Below are positions 1 to 8,106 of a stretch of DNA of 52,332 nucleotides, in pieces. Below the pieces are notes generated by a model. The model was not told the DNA's origin and ran no database searches. It was given only the letters and a program-made list of their open reading frames with translations. The first letter of the stretch is position 1. The number at the start of each line of letters is the position of its first letter. A program made the translations under genes and the position numbers. The DNA is from Gammaproteobacteria bacterium (GTDB lineage: Bacteria > Pseudomonadota > Gammaproteobacteria > Pseudomonadales > JADFDG01): contig JBKHWN010000117.1 in NCBI GenBank assembly GCA_046566505.1, positions 1-52,332 on the forward strand, given 5' to 3'.

Positions 1-164
1 CCGCAGTGCCTGCAGCAGGCGGTGCAGGCAGGAGCGGGCGGTCAGGTGTGCAAGGTCGGCGTTCAACATGGTCGGGGATGGCAGATGTGGCCGGTGTGGC
101 CCTCATGCTGCGTTCCGGGCACGACAGAACCCGTCGCGTCCGTTGTCGTCCCCGGCCAGCGGCC

Positions 165-185
165 ATGCGACAGGTTCTGTCGCAT
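165..185. promoter_or_regulatory. Candidate operator palindrome ATGCGACA-GGTTC-TGTCGCAT upstream of the WYL regulator gene
   Basis: Perfect 8-bp inverted repeat with 5-nt spacer read directly, ending 48 nt before ATG 233. The same GCGACA-N5-TGTCGC core recurs at 2868-2886. Extra CGACA/TGTCG half sites at 122-126 and 144-148. Confidence 0.45.
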
Positions 186-232
186 AAGGCGGGCATCATG
201 GCGGTCCTCCATCCGATGCCCGGAGAACACCC

Positions 233-1321
233 ATGACCAGCTCCGCCACCCGCCAGCCGCGCACCGCGAAGCGTGCGGCCAGCCGCCCGGAATCCGGCGG
301 TGTGCTCGAACGGATGCTCGACATGATGTCGATCATCCCGCGGGCGCCGCACTGGATTTCGACCGCCGACGTGGACCAGCGCCTGCGCGGCCTCGGCTAC
401 AGCGTGGACCGGCGCACGGTGGTGCGTGACCTGAACAAGTTGTCGGCACGTTTCGGTATCGAACGGCGCGGCGATTGCGATGCCGGGGAAGGCGGCAAGC
501 GCACGGCCCAGGCCTATGCCTGGCGCTGGCCGGCACAGAGCGCCGGCATCGGCGGCCCGGTGATGACCGAGACCGAGGCGCTGGCGCTGGTGATGGTGCG
601 CGACCGCCTGAATGACATGCTGCCGCCGATGGTGATCGATGCGCTGGCGCCGCAGATCGCCCGTGCCGAACGGAAACTGCGGGGCATCCCCGGCGTTGGC
701 CTGAACCACTGGCATGCCTGTGTGCGCGTGGTACAGCCGACCCAGCCGCTCGGCCGGCCCAGGGTCAGGCCTGCCGTGCGCGACGCGATCCATCTGGCGC
801 TGGCCACGGGCAAGCGGTTCACCGGCTGGTACCGGGCGCGAGGTGCGGCCGAAGCGAAGGAAATGCTGTTCAACCCGCTGGGCCTGGTCATCCGCGGGCA
901 GGTCGCCTACCTGGTGGCCACCAACTGGGAGTACGACGACCCGCGCATCTACCCGTTGCACCGTTTCGAGCGCGTGAAGCAGGAGGATGCGCCGCGTCGC
1001 GAGCCGCCGGGTTTCGACCTGGACACCTTTCTTGCCGCCCAGAACGGCCTGGGTTTCGCCACCGGCCGCGGCGACATCGCCTTGCGCCTGCGTTTCTACC
1101 AGGGCGCCGGGCAGCACCTGCTGGAAACCCCGTTGTCGGAAGACCAGTCGCTGACGGACCTCGGCGAGGGCACGCTGGAGGTGGCCGCGACGGTGCCGGA
1201 AACCAGCCAGCTCACCTGGTGGCTGCTCGGGTTCGCCGGGAACGTGGAAGTGCTGGCCCCCGCCGGACTGCGCGCCGCGATCAAGGAATCCGCAAACGCG
1301 ATGGCGAAGCGGTATCGCTGA
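233..1321 (+). CDS. WYL-domain transcriptional regulator (N-terminal winged HTH plus WYL domain)
   Basis: 362-aa ORF. HTH-like N-terminus LERMLDMMSIIPRAP..STADVDQRLRGLGYSVDRRTVVRDLNKL. WYL-type core GQVAYLVATNWEYDDPRIYPLHRFERV. Architecture as in PafBC/CapW/BrxR-type regulators. Alternative start at ATG 314. Confidence 0.8.
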   Translation: MTSSATRQPRTAKRAASRPESGGVLERMLDMMSIIPRAPHWISTADVDQRLRGLGYSVDRRTVVRDLNKLSARFGIERRGDCDAGEGGKRTAQAYAWRWPAQSAGIGGPVMTETEALALVMVRDRLNDMLPPMVIDALAPQIARAERKLRGIPGVGLNHWHACVRVVQPTQPLGRPRVRPAVRDAIHLALATGKRFTGWYRARGAAEAKEMLFNPLGLVIRGQVAYLVATNWEYDDPRIYPLHRFERVKQEDAPRREPPGFDLDTFLAAQNGLGFATGRGDIALRLRFYQGAGQHLLETPLSEDQSLTDLGEGTLEVAATVPETSQLTWWLLGFAGNVEVLAPAGLRAAIKESANAMAKRYR

Positions 1322-1422
1322 ACGCCGCGCCCCCGCATCAAGGGATCGGCGTGGTTCCGGTTTCGATCATCACTCGGACGTTTGTTGTCGGAGATCCTTG
1401 TCATTGCAGACAGGCCTGATGT

Positions 1423-2667
1423 TCATGGCGTGCCCGCTTCCCGCCACAACGCCGATACCGGAACGGCCCACAGGCCCTTGCCGAACGGCAGCACGTTCTC
1501 GCCCAGGTAGAAAAGCACGCCGGCTGAAAACTTGTCGCCGACCGCTTCCGCGAGCACGCGCAGGCCGCCGAAATCCGCGGCGCCGATATTCGCCGTCGCC
1601 TTGATTTCGATCCCGACGATCCGTTCCCCCGGTGCTTCCAGCACGAGATCGACCTCCTGCCCCGCCGCGCTGCGGAAGTGCCAGGCCGTCGCCGGTTGCG
1701 CGCTCCACGCCAGATGCTTGCGAATTTCCTGCACGACGAATGTTTCCAGCAACGGACCCAGGGCCGGCGAACGCGCCAGCGCCCCCGCGTCGGTCAGGCC
1801 AGCGAGGTGAGCGACGAGGCCCGAATCCAGCAGGTGGATCTTGGGCGACTTCACCAGCCGCTTGCCCAGGTTGGCCGACCAGGCCGGCAACGGCTGCAGC
1901 AGGAACGTCGCCTCCAGCAGCGACAGGTAACGGCGCAACGTCGAATGGGCAATGCCCGACGCCCGCGAAATCTCCGCCATGTTCATCAGCGCCGAAGGCC
2001 GCGCCGCCAGCAGGCCAAGCAGGCGCGGCATGTCGGTCAGGCCCTCGATGTGCGCCAGGTCGCGGATATCGCGCTGCAGGATGCTGGCGATGTAACTGCG
2101 GAACCAGGCATCCCGCCGCTCCGCGTTCTTGCGCTCGACCGCCTCCGGAAAACCCCCCGCAAGCAGCCGCCGGCACACATCGAGCCGGTCGACCGGCAGG
2201 GAGCCCGGCTTCCACGGCTGCCCGGAAAACAGGTCATCGACAAGGTTCGCCGACGTGCCCGCCAGTTCCGCCTGCGAAAGCGGATGCAGCGGCAGGATCT
2301 CCATGCGCCCCGCCAGCGACTCGGCCAGCCGGGGTACCAGGAACACATTTGCCGAGCCCGTCAGCAGGAAGCGCCCCGGGCGCGGATCGATATCGACAGC
2401 CCGTTTGATGGCCGGAAACAGACCCGGCGCGTACTGGACCTCGTCGATCACCGTGAAAGCCGCCGCCCCCTCCACCAGCGCCGACGGATCGGCACTGGCC
2501 AGCGCCAGCGTGGCCGGGTCATCCAGCGTCAGGTAATGGCCACCCCGCTCCGCCGCGACCTGCCGGGCCAGGGTGCTCTTGCCCGTCTGCCGAGCGCCAT
2601 TGAGGAGGACTACCCGGGTGTCGGCGAGGGCGGCCTGCAGGGCTGCGCGGATATGGCGTGGGTGCAT
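1423..2667 (-). CDS. AAA+ ATPase with C-terminal DUF4143 domain (COG1373-type ATP-binding protein)
   Basis: Walker A LLNGARQTGKSTLA, Walker B-like FTVIDEVQ, C-terminal EVDLVLE..IVGIEIKA signature typical of DUF4143. Start placed at ATG 2667 (MHPRHIRAAL). The 65 codons further upstream in the track ORF run into the WYL remnant. Confidence 0.8.
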   Translation of the reverse strand: MHPRHIRAALQAALADTRVVLLNGARQTGKSTLARQVAAERGGHYLTLDDPATLALASADPSALVEGAAAFTVIDEVQYAPGLFPAIKRAVDIDPRPGRFLLTGSANVFLVPRLAESLAGRMEILPLHPLSQAELAGTSANLVDDLFSGQPWKPGSLPVDRLDVCRRLLAGGFPEAVERKNAERRDAWFRSYIASILQRDIRDLAHIEGLTDMPRLLGLLAARPSALMNMAEISRASGIAHSTLRRYLSLLEATFLLQPLPAWSANLGKRLVKSPKIHLLDSGLVAHLAGLTDAGALARSPALGPLLETFVVQEIRKHLAWSAQPATAWHFRSAAGQEVDLVLEAPGERIVGIEIKATANIGAADFGGLRVLAEAVGDKFSAGVLFYLGENVLPFGKGLWAVPVSALWREAGTP

Positions 2668-2706
2668 GGCGGGATATTCGCCGCAGCGTGGCGAAATTGC
2701 AACAGC

Positions 2707-2823
2707 CGGGAGCACGACGACCCGCGCATCGACCCGCTGCACCGTTTCGGGCGCGTGAAGCAGGAGGATGCGCCGCGATGAAGGAATCCGCGAACGGGAT
2801 GGCGAAGCGGTATCGCTGAACGC
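2707..2823 (+). pseudogene. Decayed fragment of a WYL-regulator gene 3' end (second copy, internally deleted and frameshifted)
   Basis: Aligns by eye to 927-996 plus 1280-1325 of the intact WYL gene, with about 7 mismatches over ~116 nt. Track ORFs translate DPRIDPLHRFGRVKQEDAPR here versus DPRIYPLHRFERVKQEDAPR in the intact protein. Junction lies at the shared octamer GCGCCGCG. Confidence 0.75.
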
Positions 2824-2867
2824 GATCGGGTTGCGCGCAAAAAGTATGACGGTGAAGGTCATTCATG

Positions 2868-2886
2868 CGCGACACATCATGTCGCG
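2868..2886. promoter_or_regulatory. Candidate operator palindrome CGCGACA-CATCA-TGTCGCG upstream of the tandem AAA+ ATPase gene
   Basis: Perfect 7-bp inverted repeat with 5-nt spacer, ending 52 nt before ATG 2938. Same core and spacing as the site at 165-185. Confidence 0.45.
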
Positions 2887-2937
2887 ACGCAGCCGCATGA
2901 TGCAGTCCTTCACAGCACAGTCCCGGAGGACGCACCC

Positions 2938-5067
2938 ATGGCCACTCGTCGACGCCGCAAACTCAAGTTTCCGAACCTTTCCGGCAACGCTGGGCACGAA
3001 TACGAGTACGCGCGCCACAAGGCGCTGGTCGCGCTGTCGACGCCATCGACATTCCCGCGCGCGTTTGCCGACGCGCTGCGCCTGGTGGAACGCGATCCGG
3101 ACTCCAGCCTGCTTGAAGACGATCTGCTCGCCTGGCTGCAGGTGATCCCGGAGGATTCCGGCACCCAGGGGCCGGAACACATCCGTCGCCTGATGCTGCA
3201 GGAGACCCGCGGTGCGTCGAAGGGCCGGGTGTCCACGGTATGCAGGCGCAACATCGACTGGCTGGGTGACCTCGTCACGCTGGACAAGGTGGATCGAGAT
3301 TTGCTGGAGCTGGTGGTCACCACACGACAGAACGACATGCTGGCCAATGCCATCGACCGGTGTGGCGAGAAGAACATCCGTGGCGACGGCGAATTGCTGG
3401 GCCGGCTGATCGGTGCATCGGCGAACGCTGTGGTGGCCGCACTGGGTCGCCGGGGCAACCTGACGCGCTACGGCTTCCTGCGCTACGACCATGGTTACGA
3501 GCATTTCGGATCGCGCATCGAGATGCCCGGCGAGATCACCGCGAAGCTGGTCTATCCGTACGAGACGCGCGCGGAGTTCATCGACGGCTTTCTCAACCCG
3601 GCCGAGCCGGCGACGCTCGGCATGGATGACATGCCGCATCTGGCCGCGCACCTGGACACGCTGGTCAAGGTGTTGCCGGGCGCGCTCGCGCGGAACGAAC
3701 GCGGCATCAACATCCTGCTGCACGGCGTGCCGGGCACCGGCAAGACGCAGTGTGCGTCGCTGATCGCCATGCTGGCCGGGCTCGATGCCTACCGGATCGT
3801 CAAGCCGGACGAGGAAGACCCGCAGTCCGGCGGCGAGCGACTGGCGTATTACGCCATCGTGCAACAGATGCTCCGCACGCGCGGCGATGCCATTCTGGTG
3901 TTTGACGAGTTCGAGGACGTGGTGCCGGATGACAATCCGTTCGCCGGTTTCTTCGGCGGCCGTAGTGGCCGGCGCAGCGCACCGATGAAGTCCTGGCTCA
4001 ACCAGATGCTGGAGGACAACCCGGTGCCCACGATCTGGATCTCCAACTCGATCCGTCACATCGACCGCGCGCTGTTGCGTCGATTCACCTATGCGATCGA
4101 GTTCCGCACGCCGCCCGCGTCGGTGCGCCGTCGCATCCTGACCCAGGCCGTGGCCGGGCTGGAGGTGAGCCCGCAGTGGATCGAACGCCAGGCACACATC
4201 GGGAACCTGTCACCGGCGCTGGTGCGCAACGCGGCAAGGATCGCGACGCTGGCCGGTGGTACCGATGTTGCCGCCAACGAAGCGCTGCTCGACCGCACGA
4301 TCGCCGGCAGCCTGAATGCGCTCGGCATGGAGCCCGCGCATACCGGTCTGGTCCCGGTGACGCGCTACGATCTTTCCTTCGTCAATGCCAACCCCGGCCC
4401 GGACAAGGTCGCCGTCAACCTTGCGCGTACCGGCCGCGGCACGCTCTGCTTCTACGGCCCGCCGGGTACCGGCAAGAGCGCCCTCGCCGCGCATCTGGCG
4501 CGGCAACTGGACCGGCCACTGTTGATCAAGCGGGCATCGGACCTGCTCAGCAAGTGGGTGGGCGAGAGCGAGCAGAACATCGCCGCCGCCTTCCGCGAGG
4601 CGACCGACGAGCAGGCCGTGCTGTTGATCGACGAGGCGGACAGCTTTCTCGGCAGCCGCGCCAATGCCCGGCAAAGCTGGGAGGTCACCCAGGTCAACGA
4701 GATGCTGCAGCAGATCGAGCATTTCGACGGCGTGCTCATCTGCACCACCAACCGCATCGAACAGATGGATCCGGCCGTGCTGCGGCGTTTCTCGCACAAA
4801 GTCGGTTTCAGTTACCTCCGGCCCGAGCAGCGCACTGCCATGTTCTTCAGCGAGTTCGGTTCGGTGTTTGCCGAGGAGGAACATCGCGGCGTGGTCAGCC
4901 TGTCGCTGGACCGCCTGGCCAACCTCGCACCCGGCGACTTCGCCACCGTGCGCAAGCAGTTCGATGCGAGTGGCCAGGATCTCGCGCTGCATGAACTGCT
5001 GGCCATGCTCGCCAGCGAGTGCGAACTCAAGCCGGACCGCGAGCGCCGGGCGATCGGGTTCGCCTGA
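2938..5067 (+). CDS. Tandem (double) AAA+ ATPase with ~250-aa N-terminal region of unknown function
   Basis: 709 aa. Module 1: Walker A GVPGTGKTQ, Walker B ILVFDEFED, TIWISN, RALLRRF. Module 2: GPPGTGKSA, VLLIDEADS, LICTTNR, PAVLRRF, plus SKWVGESEQNI typical of classical-clade AAA. I recognise no family in the N-terminal part. Confidence 0.85.
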   Translation: MATRRRRKLKFPNLSGNAGHEYEYARHKALVALSTPSTFPRAFADALRLVERDPDSSLLEDDLLAWLQVIPEDSGTQGPEHIRRLMLQETRGASKGRVSTVCRRNIDWLGDLVTLDKVDRDLLELVVTTRQNDMLANAIDRCGEKNIRGDGELLGRLIGASANAVVAALGRRGNLTRYGFLRYDHGYEHFGSRIEMPGEITAKLVYPYETRAEFIDGFLNPAEPATLGMDDMPHLAAHLDTLVKVLPGALARNERGINILLHGVPGTGKTQCASLIAMLAGLDAYRIVKPDEEDPQSGGERLAYYAIVQQMLRTRGDAILVFDEFEDVVPDDNPFAGFFGGRSGRRSAPMKSWLNQMLEDNPVPTIWISNSIRHIDRALLRRFTYAIEFRTPPASVRRRILTQAVAGLEVSPQWIERQAHIGNLSPALVRNAARIATLAGGTDVAANEALLDRTIAGSLNALGMEPAHTGLVPVTRYDLSFVNANPGPDKVAVNLARTGRGTLCFYGPPGTGKSALAAHLARQLDRPLLIKRASDLLSKWVGESEQNIAAAFREATDEQAVLLIDEADSFLGSRANARQSWEVTQVNEMLQQIEHFDGVLICTTNRIEQMDPAVLRRFSHKVGFSYLRPEQRTAMFFSEFGSVFAEEEHRGVVSLSLDRLANLAPGDFATVRKQFDASGQDLALHELLAMLASECELKPDRERRAIGFA

Positions 5068-5107
5068 TGCCGGCATTGCCGGGGCGGCATCGCATGGTCG
5101 GCCACCA

Positions 5108-5133
5108 ACGAAAAACGCGCCGTGCGGCGCGTT
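5108..5133 (-). terminator. Putative intrinsic terminator downstream of tRNA-Ser
   Basis: 8-bp stem AACGCGCC/GGCGCGTT with 4-nt loop. On the minus strand it is followed by TTTTCGTT. Confidence 0.4.
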
Positions 5134-5142
5134 CGGGGATGC

Positions 5143-5236
5143 TGGCGGAGAAGGAGGGAGTCGAACCCTCGATACGGGTTTTAGCCCATATACTCCCTTA
5201 GCAGGGGAGCCCCTTCGGCCACTCGGGCACTTCTCC
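5143..5236 (-). tRNA. tRNA-Ser (anticodon GCU)
   Basis: Reverse complement reads GGAGAAG..CTCCC-CTGCTAA-GGGAG..long variable arm..GAGGG-TTCGACT-CCCTC-CTTCTCC-G-CCA. Cloverleaf folds by eye. Confidence 0.9.
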
Positions 5237-5247
5237 GGAAGCCGCGC

Positions 5248-5276
5248 ATGATACTGAAAACGGCCACGCTGCCCAA
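5248..5276 (-). promoter_or_regulatory. Putative sigma70 promoter of tRNA-Ser (TTGGGC-17-TATCAT)
   Basis: Minus-strand hexamers with 17-nt spacing. The -10 lies about 12 nt upstream of the mature 5' end and is followed by a GC-rich discriminator. Confidence 0.35.
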
Positions 5277-5311
5277 CAGTTTTTGCCCCGGCGGACATTT
5301 CCCCGGGTGCC

Positions 5312-5340
5312 TTGACGGAGCGGGGTGACCTCACGATAAT
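5312..5340 (+). promoter_or_regulatory. Putative sigma70 promoter of tRNA-Arg(ACG) (TTGACG-17-GATAAT)
   Basis: Near-consensus hexamers with 17-nt spacer followed by GC-rich discriminator GCGCGCC. Sits 30 nt upstream of the tRNA. Confidence 0.5.
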
Positions 5341-5369
5341 GCGCGCCTCTTGCGACACCGCTACATCCT

Positions 5370-5446
5370 GCGCCCGTAGCTCAGTTGGATAGAGTACCTG
5401 GCTACGAACCAGGTGGTCGGGAGTTCGAATCTCTCCGGGCGCACCA
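5370..5446 (+). tRNA. tRNA-Arg (anticodon ACG)
   Basis: GCGCCCGTAGCTCAGTTGGATAGAGTA-CCTGG-CTACGAA-CCAGG..GGGAGTTCGAATCTCTC-CGGGCGC-ACCA. Canonical 77-nt cloverleaf. Confidence 0.95.
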
Positions 5447-5454
5447 TCTACCGC

Positions 5455-5496
5455 AAACAAAAAGGCCGGCATGTAATTGCCGGCCTTTTTGTTTGC
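5455..5496. terminator. Bidirectional intrinsic terminator
   Basis: CAAACAAAAA-GGCCGGCA-tgtaat-TGCCGGCC-TTTTTGTTTG. GC stem flanked by an A-run and a T-run. Lies between tRNA-Arg (+) and the small minus-strand ORF. Confidence 0.7.
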
Positions 5497-5546
5497 CTGC
5501 GGGTTTTCCGGCGCGGTCTCGTCGCCGCAGCCCCCGCCAGGGCAGA

Positions 5547-5759
5547 TCAGCGCGTGGCGCTGGCCCTTTCTCGCAGCGAATCAAGGCTGTGTACCCGCGG
5601 CGCCTCGTGCTCATGGCGCGGCAGGTCGCGCAGCGCGGCAAACACCACGGCATCCGCATACCCGAGGAAGGCGCGCGCATGATCCGTGAGCCGCATGCGC
5701 GCCACCAGCGCGTCGAGCTCCCGCTTGGCTTCGTGTAGCTCCCGGTCCTGGTTGATCAT
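5547..5759 (-). CDS. Hypothetical small protein (70 aa)
   Basis: ATG preceded by AGGGGTGG. G/C-rich third codon positions. Ends before the bidirectional terminator. No family recognised. Confidence 0.45.
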   Translation of the reverse strand: MINQDRELHEAKRELDALVARMRLTDHARAFLGYADAVVFAALRDLPRHEHEAPRVHSLDSLRERASATR

Positions 5760-6009
5760 CGGTGGCCACCCCTGTCTGTTGTTTGTGCGTTGGCTGTTGC
5801 CGCTTGGCGTGGGTGTGTTTTAGCACTGACGTGTTACGTAAAGAATCCGGCGGGTGTCGGTTTTTGCCTGCGAATTACCCGTATCAGAAATTAATCGTAG
5901 GCGCCGGAATCTCGTTGTTTTGGCGGGGTCTTCCCGCTACATTGCGCGGCCTGAAGGCCGGAACTCACCGGTCACGCTGCCGCTCGTGGTGACCGACAGG
6001 GGCCTGCCC

Positions 6010-6255
6010 ATGAATCCGCTTCTCTCCCAGGGTATCGAACTCATGCTGGTCGGCATGGGTGTCGTGTTCGTCTTTCTGGTGATGCTGGTCGGCGCCGTGA
6101 CATTGATGTCGCAACTGGTTGCCCGGTTCGCGCCGGACGCGCCGCTGGCCGTCACCCCGCGCGGCCCGGTCGCCGCACCGGCCGGGCCGGGCGTCGATGA
6201 CCGGACGCTGGCCGTCATCCACGAGGCGGTGCGCCGCCATCGCGGGCAGGCCTGA
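6010..6255 (+). CDS. oadG: Oxaloacetate decarboxylase gamma subunit
   Basis: MNPLLSQGIELMLVGMGVVFVFLVMLV single-TM N-terminus typical of OadG, directly upstream of oadA/oadB. Start moved to ATG 6010 within the longer track ORF. Confidence 0.75.
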   Translation: MNPLLSQGIELMLVGMGVVFVFLVMLVGAVTLMSQLVARFAPDAPLAVTPRGPVAAPAGPGVDDRTLAVIHEAVRRHRGQA

Positions 6256-6314
6256 TCCGAGCACCCTGACCCCGTCCGTCGACCCGCTGTCTTCTGCGCG
6301 CCCGGAGTAGCCCC

Positions 6315-8099
6315 ATGAGCACGACCCCGAAGCCCCTTGGCATTACCGACGTTGTCCTGCGCGATGCCCACCAGTCCCTGCTGGCCACCCGCATGCGGCT
6401 GGAGGACATGCTGCCGGTGGCCGACAAGCTCGACCGCGTCGGCTTCTGGTCGCTGGAGTCCTGGGGTGGCGCCACCTTCGATGCCTGCATCCGCTACCTG
6501 GGCGAGGACCCCTGGGCGCGCGTCCGCGCGCTGAAGGCGGCGATGCCCAACACGCCGCAGCAGATGCTGCTGCGCGGGCAGAATCTGCTGGGTTACCGCC
6601 ACTACGCGGACGACGTGGTCGACCGCTTCGTCGAGCGCGCCGCAAAGAACGGCATCGACGTCTTCCGCGTGTTCGACGCGATGAACGACGTGCGCAACCT
6701 GGATCGCGCGATGAAAGCGGTGATCCGCGAGGGCAAGCACGCGCAGGGTACGATCTCCTACACGGTCAGTCCGGTACACACCATCGACATGTGGGTGGAC
6801 CTGGCGCGGCGCATCGAGGACCAGGGCGCGCACTCGCTGTGCATCAAGGACATGGCCGGCCTGCTGACGCCCTACACCGCGTTCGAACTGGTGTCGCGGC
6901 TGAAGCAGGCGATCGTGATTCCGGTGCACATGCATTGTCATGCCACCACGGGCCTGTCGACGGCGACCATCCTGAAAGCGGCGGAAGCGGGCATCGACAA
7001 CGTCGATACGGCGATTTCCTCGATGTCGATGACCTACGGGCATTCGGCGACCGAGGCGGTGGTGGCGATCTTCGCCGGCACCGGCCGCGACACCGGGCTC
7101 AACCTGGTACTGCTGGAGGACATCGCGGCCTGTTTCCGCGACGTCCGCAAGAAGTACGCGAAGTTCGAAGGTTCGCTCAAGGGCATCGATTCACGCATCC
7201 TCGTGGCGCAGGTGCCCGGCGGCATGCTCACCAACATGGAAAGCCAACTTCGCGAGCAGAAGGCCGAGTCGCGTTTCGACGAAGTGCTCGCAGAAATCCC
7301 GCGCGTGCGCAAGGACCTCGGTTACATCCCGCTGGTGACGCCGACCTCGCAGATCGTCGGCACCCAGGCGGTGCTGAACGTGCTGTCGGGCGAGCGCTAC
7401 AAGAGCATTTCCAAGGAAACCCAGGGCGTGCTGCGCGGTGAATACGGCGCGGCACCGGCACCGTTCGACGCGGCACTGCAGGCGCGCGTGCTGGAGGGCG
7501 CCTCGCCGGTGACCTGCCGGCCGGCAGACCTGCTGCAGCCGGAGATGGAAAAACTCACCACCGAGTTGCGCAAACTGGCCGACGAGCAGCGCATGCGCCT
7601 GGAAACCGGCGACCGGCTGCTCGACGACGTGCTGACCTATGCGCTGTTCCCGCAGATCGGCCTGAAGTTCCTGCAGAACCGCGGCAACCCGGCGGCGTTC
7701 GAGCCGGTGCCGACCGGCCGCGAGGGCCAGGCGCCGCAGGCGGCGAACGGCGACGAGATCTACACGGTGACCGTCGAAGGCCGAGCCTACACGGTGACGG
7801 TGAACGCAGGCGGTGACATCACCGGCATCGTGCCGCCGGCGGCGGTAGCGAATGCAGCGGCGTCCGTCGCGGTGCCGGTGGCCGATGGCGAGCCGATGCT
7901 CGCGCCGCTGGCCGGCAACATCTTCAAGGTCTTCGCCCGCCCCGGGCAGAGCGTGCAGGAGGGCGACCTGCTGCTGACGCTGGAGGCGATGAAGATGGAG
8001 ACCGAGATCCGCGCGCCGCACGCCGGCATCGTGGCGTCGGTGTCGGTGAAGGAAGGCGATGTCGTCGCCGTCGGCGACCTGCTGCTGTCGATAGGCTGA
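6315..8099 (+). CDS. oadA: Oxaloacetate decarboxylase alpha subunit (carboxyltransferase plus biotinyl domain)
   Basis: [39 protein letters not shown] carboxyltransferase N-terminus. C-terminal biotin attachment motif [10 protein letters not shown]. Confidence 0.95.
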   Translation: MSTTPKPLGITDVVLRDAHQSLLATRMRLEDMLPVADKLDRVGFWSLESWGGATFDACIRYLGEDPWARVRALKAAMPNTPQQMLLRGQNLLGYRHYADDVVDRFVERAAKNGIDVFRVFDAMNDVRNLDRAMKAVIREGKHAQGTISYTVSPVHTIDMWVDLARRIEDQGAHSLCIKDMAGLLTPYTAFELVSRLKQAIVIPVHMHCHATTGLSTATILKAAEAGIDNVDTAISSMSMTYGHSATEAVVAIFAGTGRDTGLNLVLLEDIAACFRDVRKKYAKFEGSLKGIDSRILVAQVPGGMLTNMESQLREQKAESRFDEVLAEIPRVRKDLGYIPLVTPTSQIVGTQAVLNVLSGERYKSISKETQGVLRGEYGAAPAPFDAALQARVLEGASPVTCRPADLLQPEMEKLTTELRKLADEQRMRLETGDRLLDDVLTYALFPQIGLKFLQNRGNPAAFEPVPTGREGQAPQAANGDEIYTVTVEGRAYTVTVNAGGDITGIVPPAAVANAAASVAVPVADGEPMLAPLAGNIFKVFARPGQSVQEGDLLLTLEAMKMETEIRAPHAGIVASVSVKEGDVVAVGDLLLSIG

Positions 8100-8106
8100 G
8101 GCACCG

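Noticed and set aside
1-68. Possible start of a minus-strand gene (ATG at 68-66, MLNADLAHLTARSCLHRLLQAL..) leaving the window
   Set aside because: Only 22 codons are visible, there is no clear Shine-Dalgarno sequence, and it cannot be verified from this window. The plus-strand ORFs at 6-236 and 22-429 look like noise.
5068-5142. Direct repeat of the tRNA-Ser 3' end that would delimit an island containing the WYL/AAA genes
   Set aside because: I found no second copy of the tRNA-Ser 3' sequence in 1-5100 by eye. If an att partner exists it lies outside the window, so no mobile element is called for this region.
4210-5472. 420-aa minus-strand ORF covering the AAA gene 3' part and both tRNAs
   Set aside because: It crosses two tRNA genes and a terminator and is antisense to the tandem AAA+ CDS. 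It has no recognisable motifs.
5760-6009. A/T-richer leader of the oad operon with a TTACGTAA palindrome and GGTCAC-N13-GTGACC repeat
   Set aside because: These are short motifs that occur by chance, and I could not identify convincing -35/-10 hexamers. It is noted only as the probable oad regulatory region.
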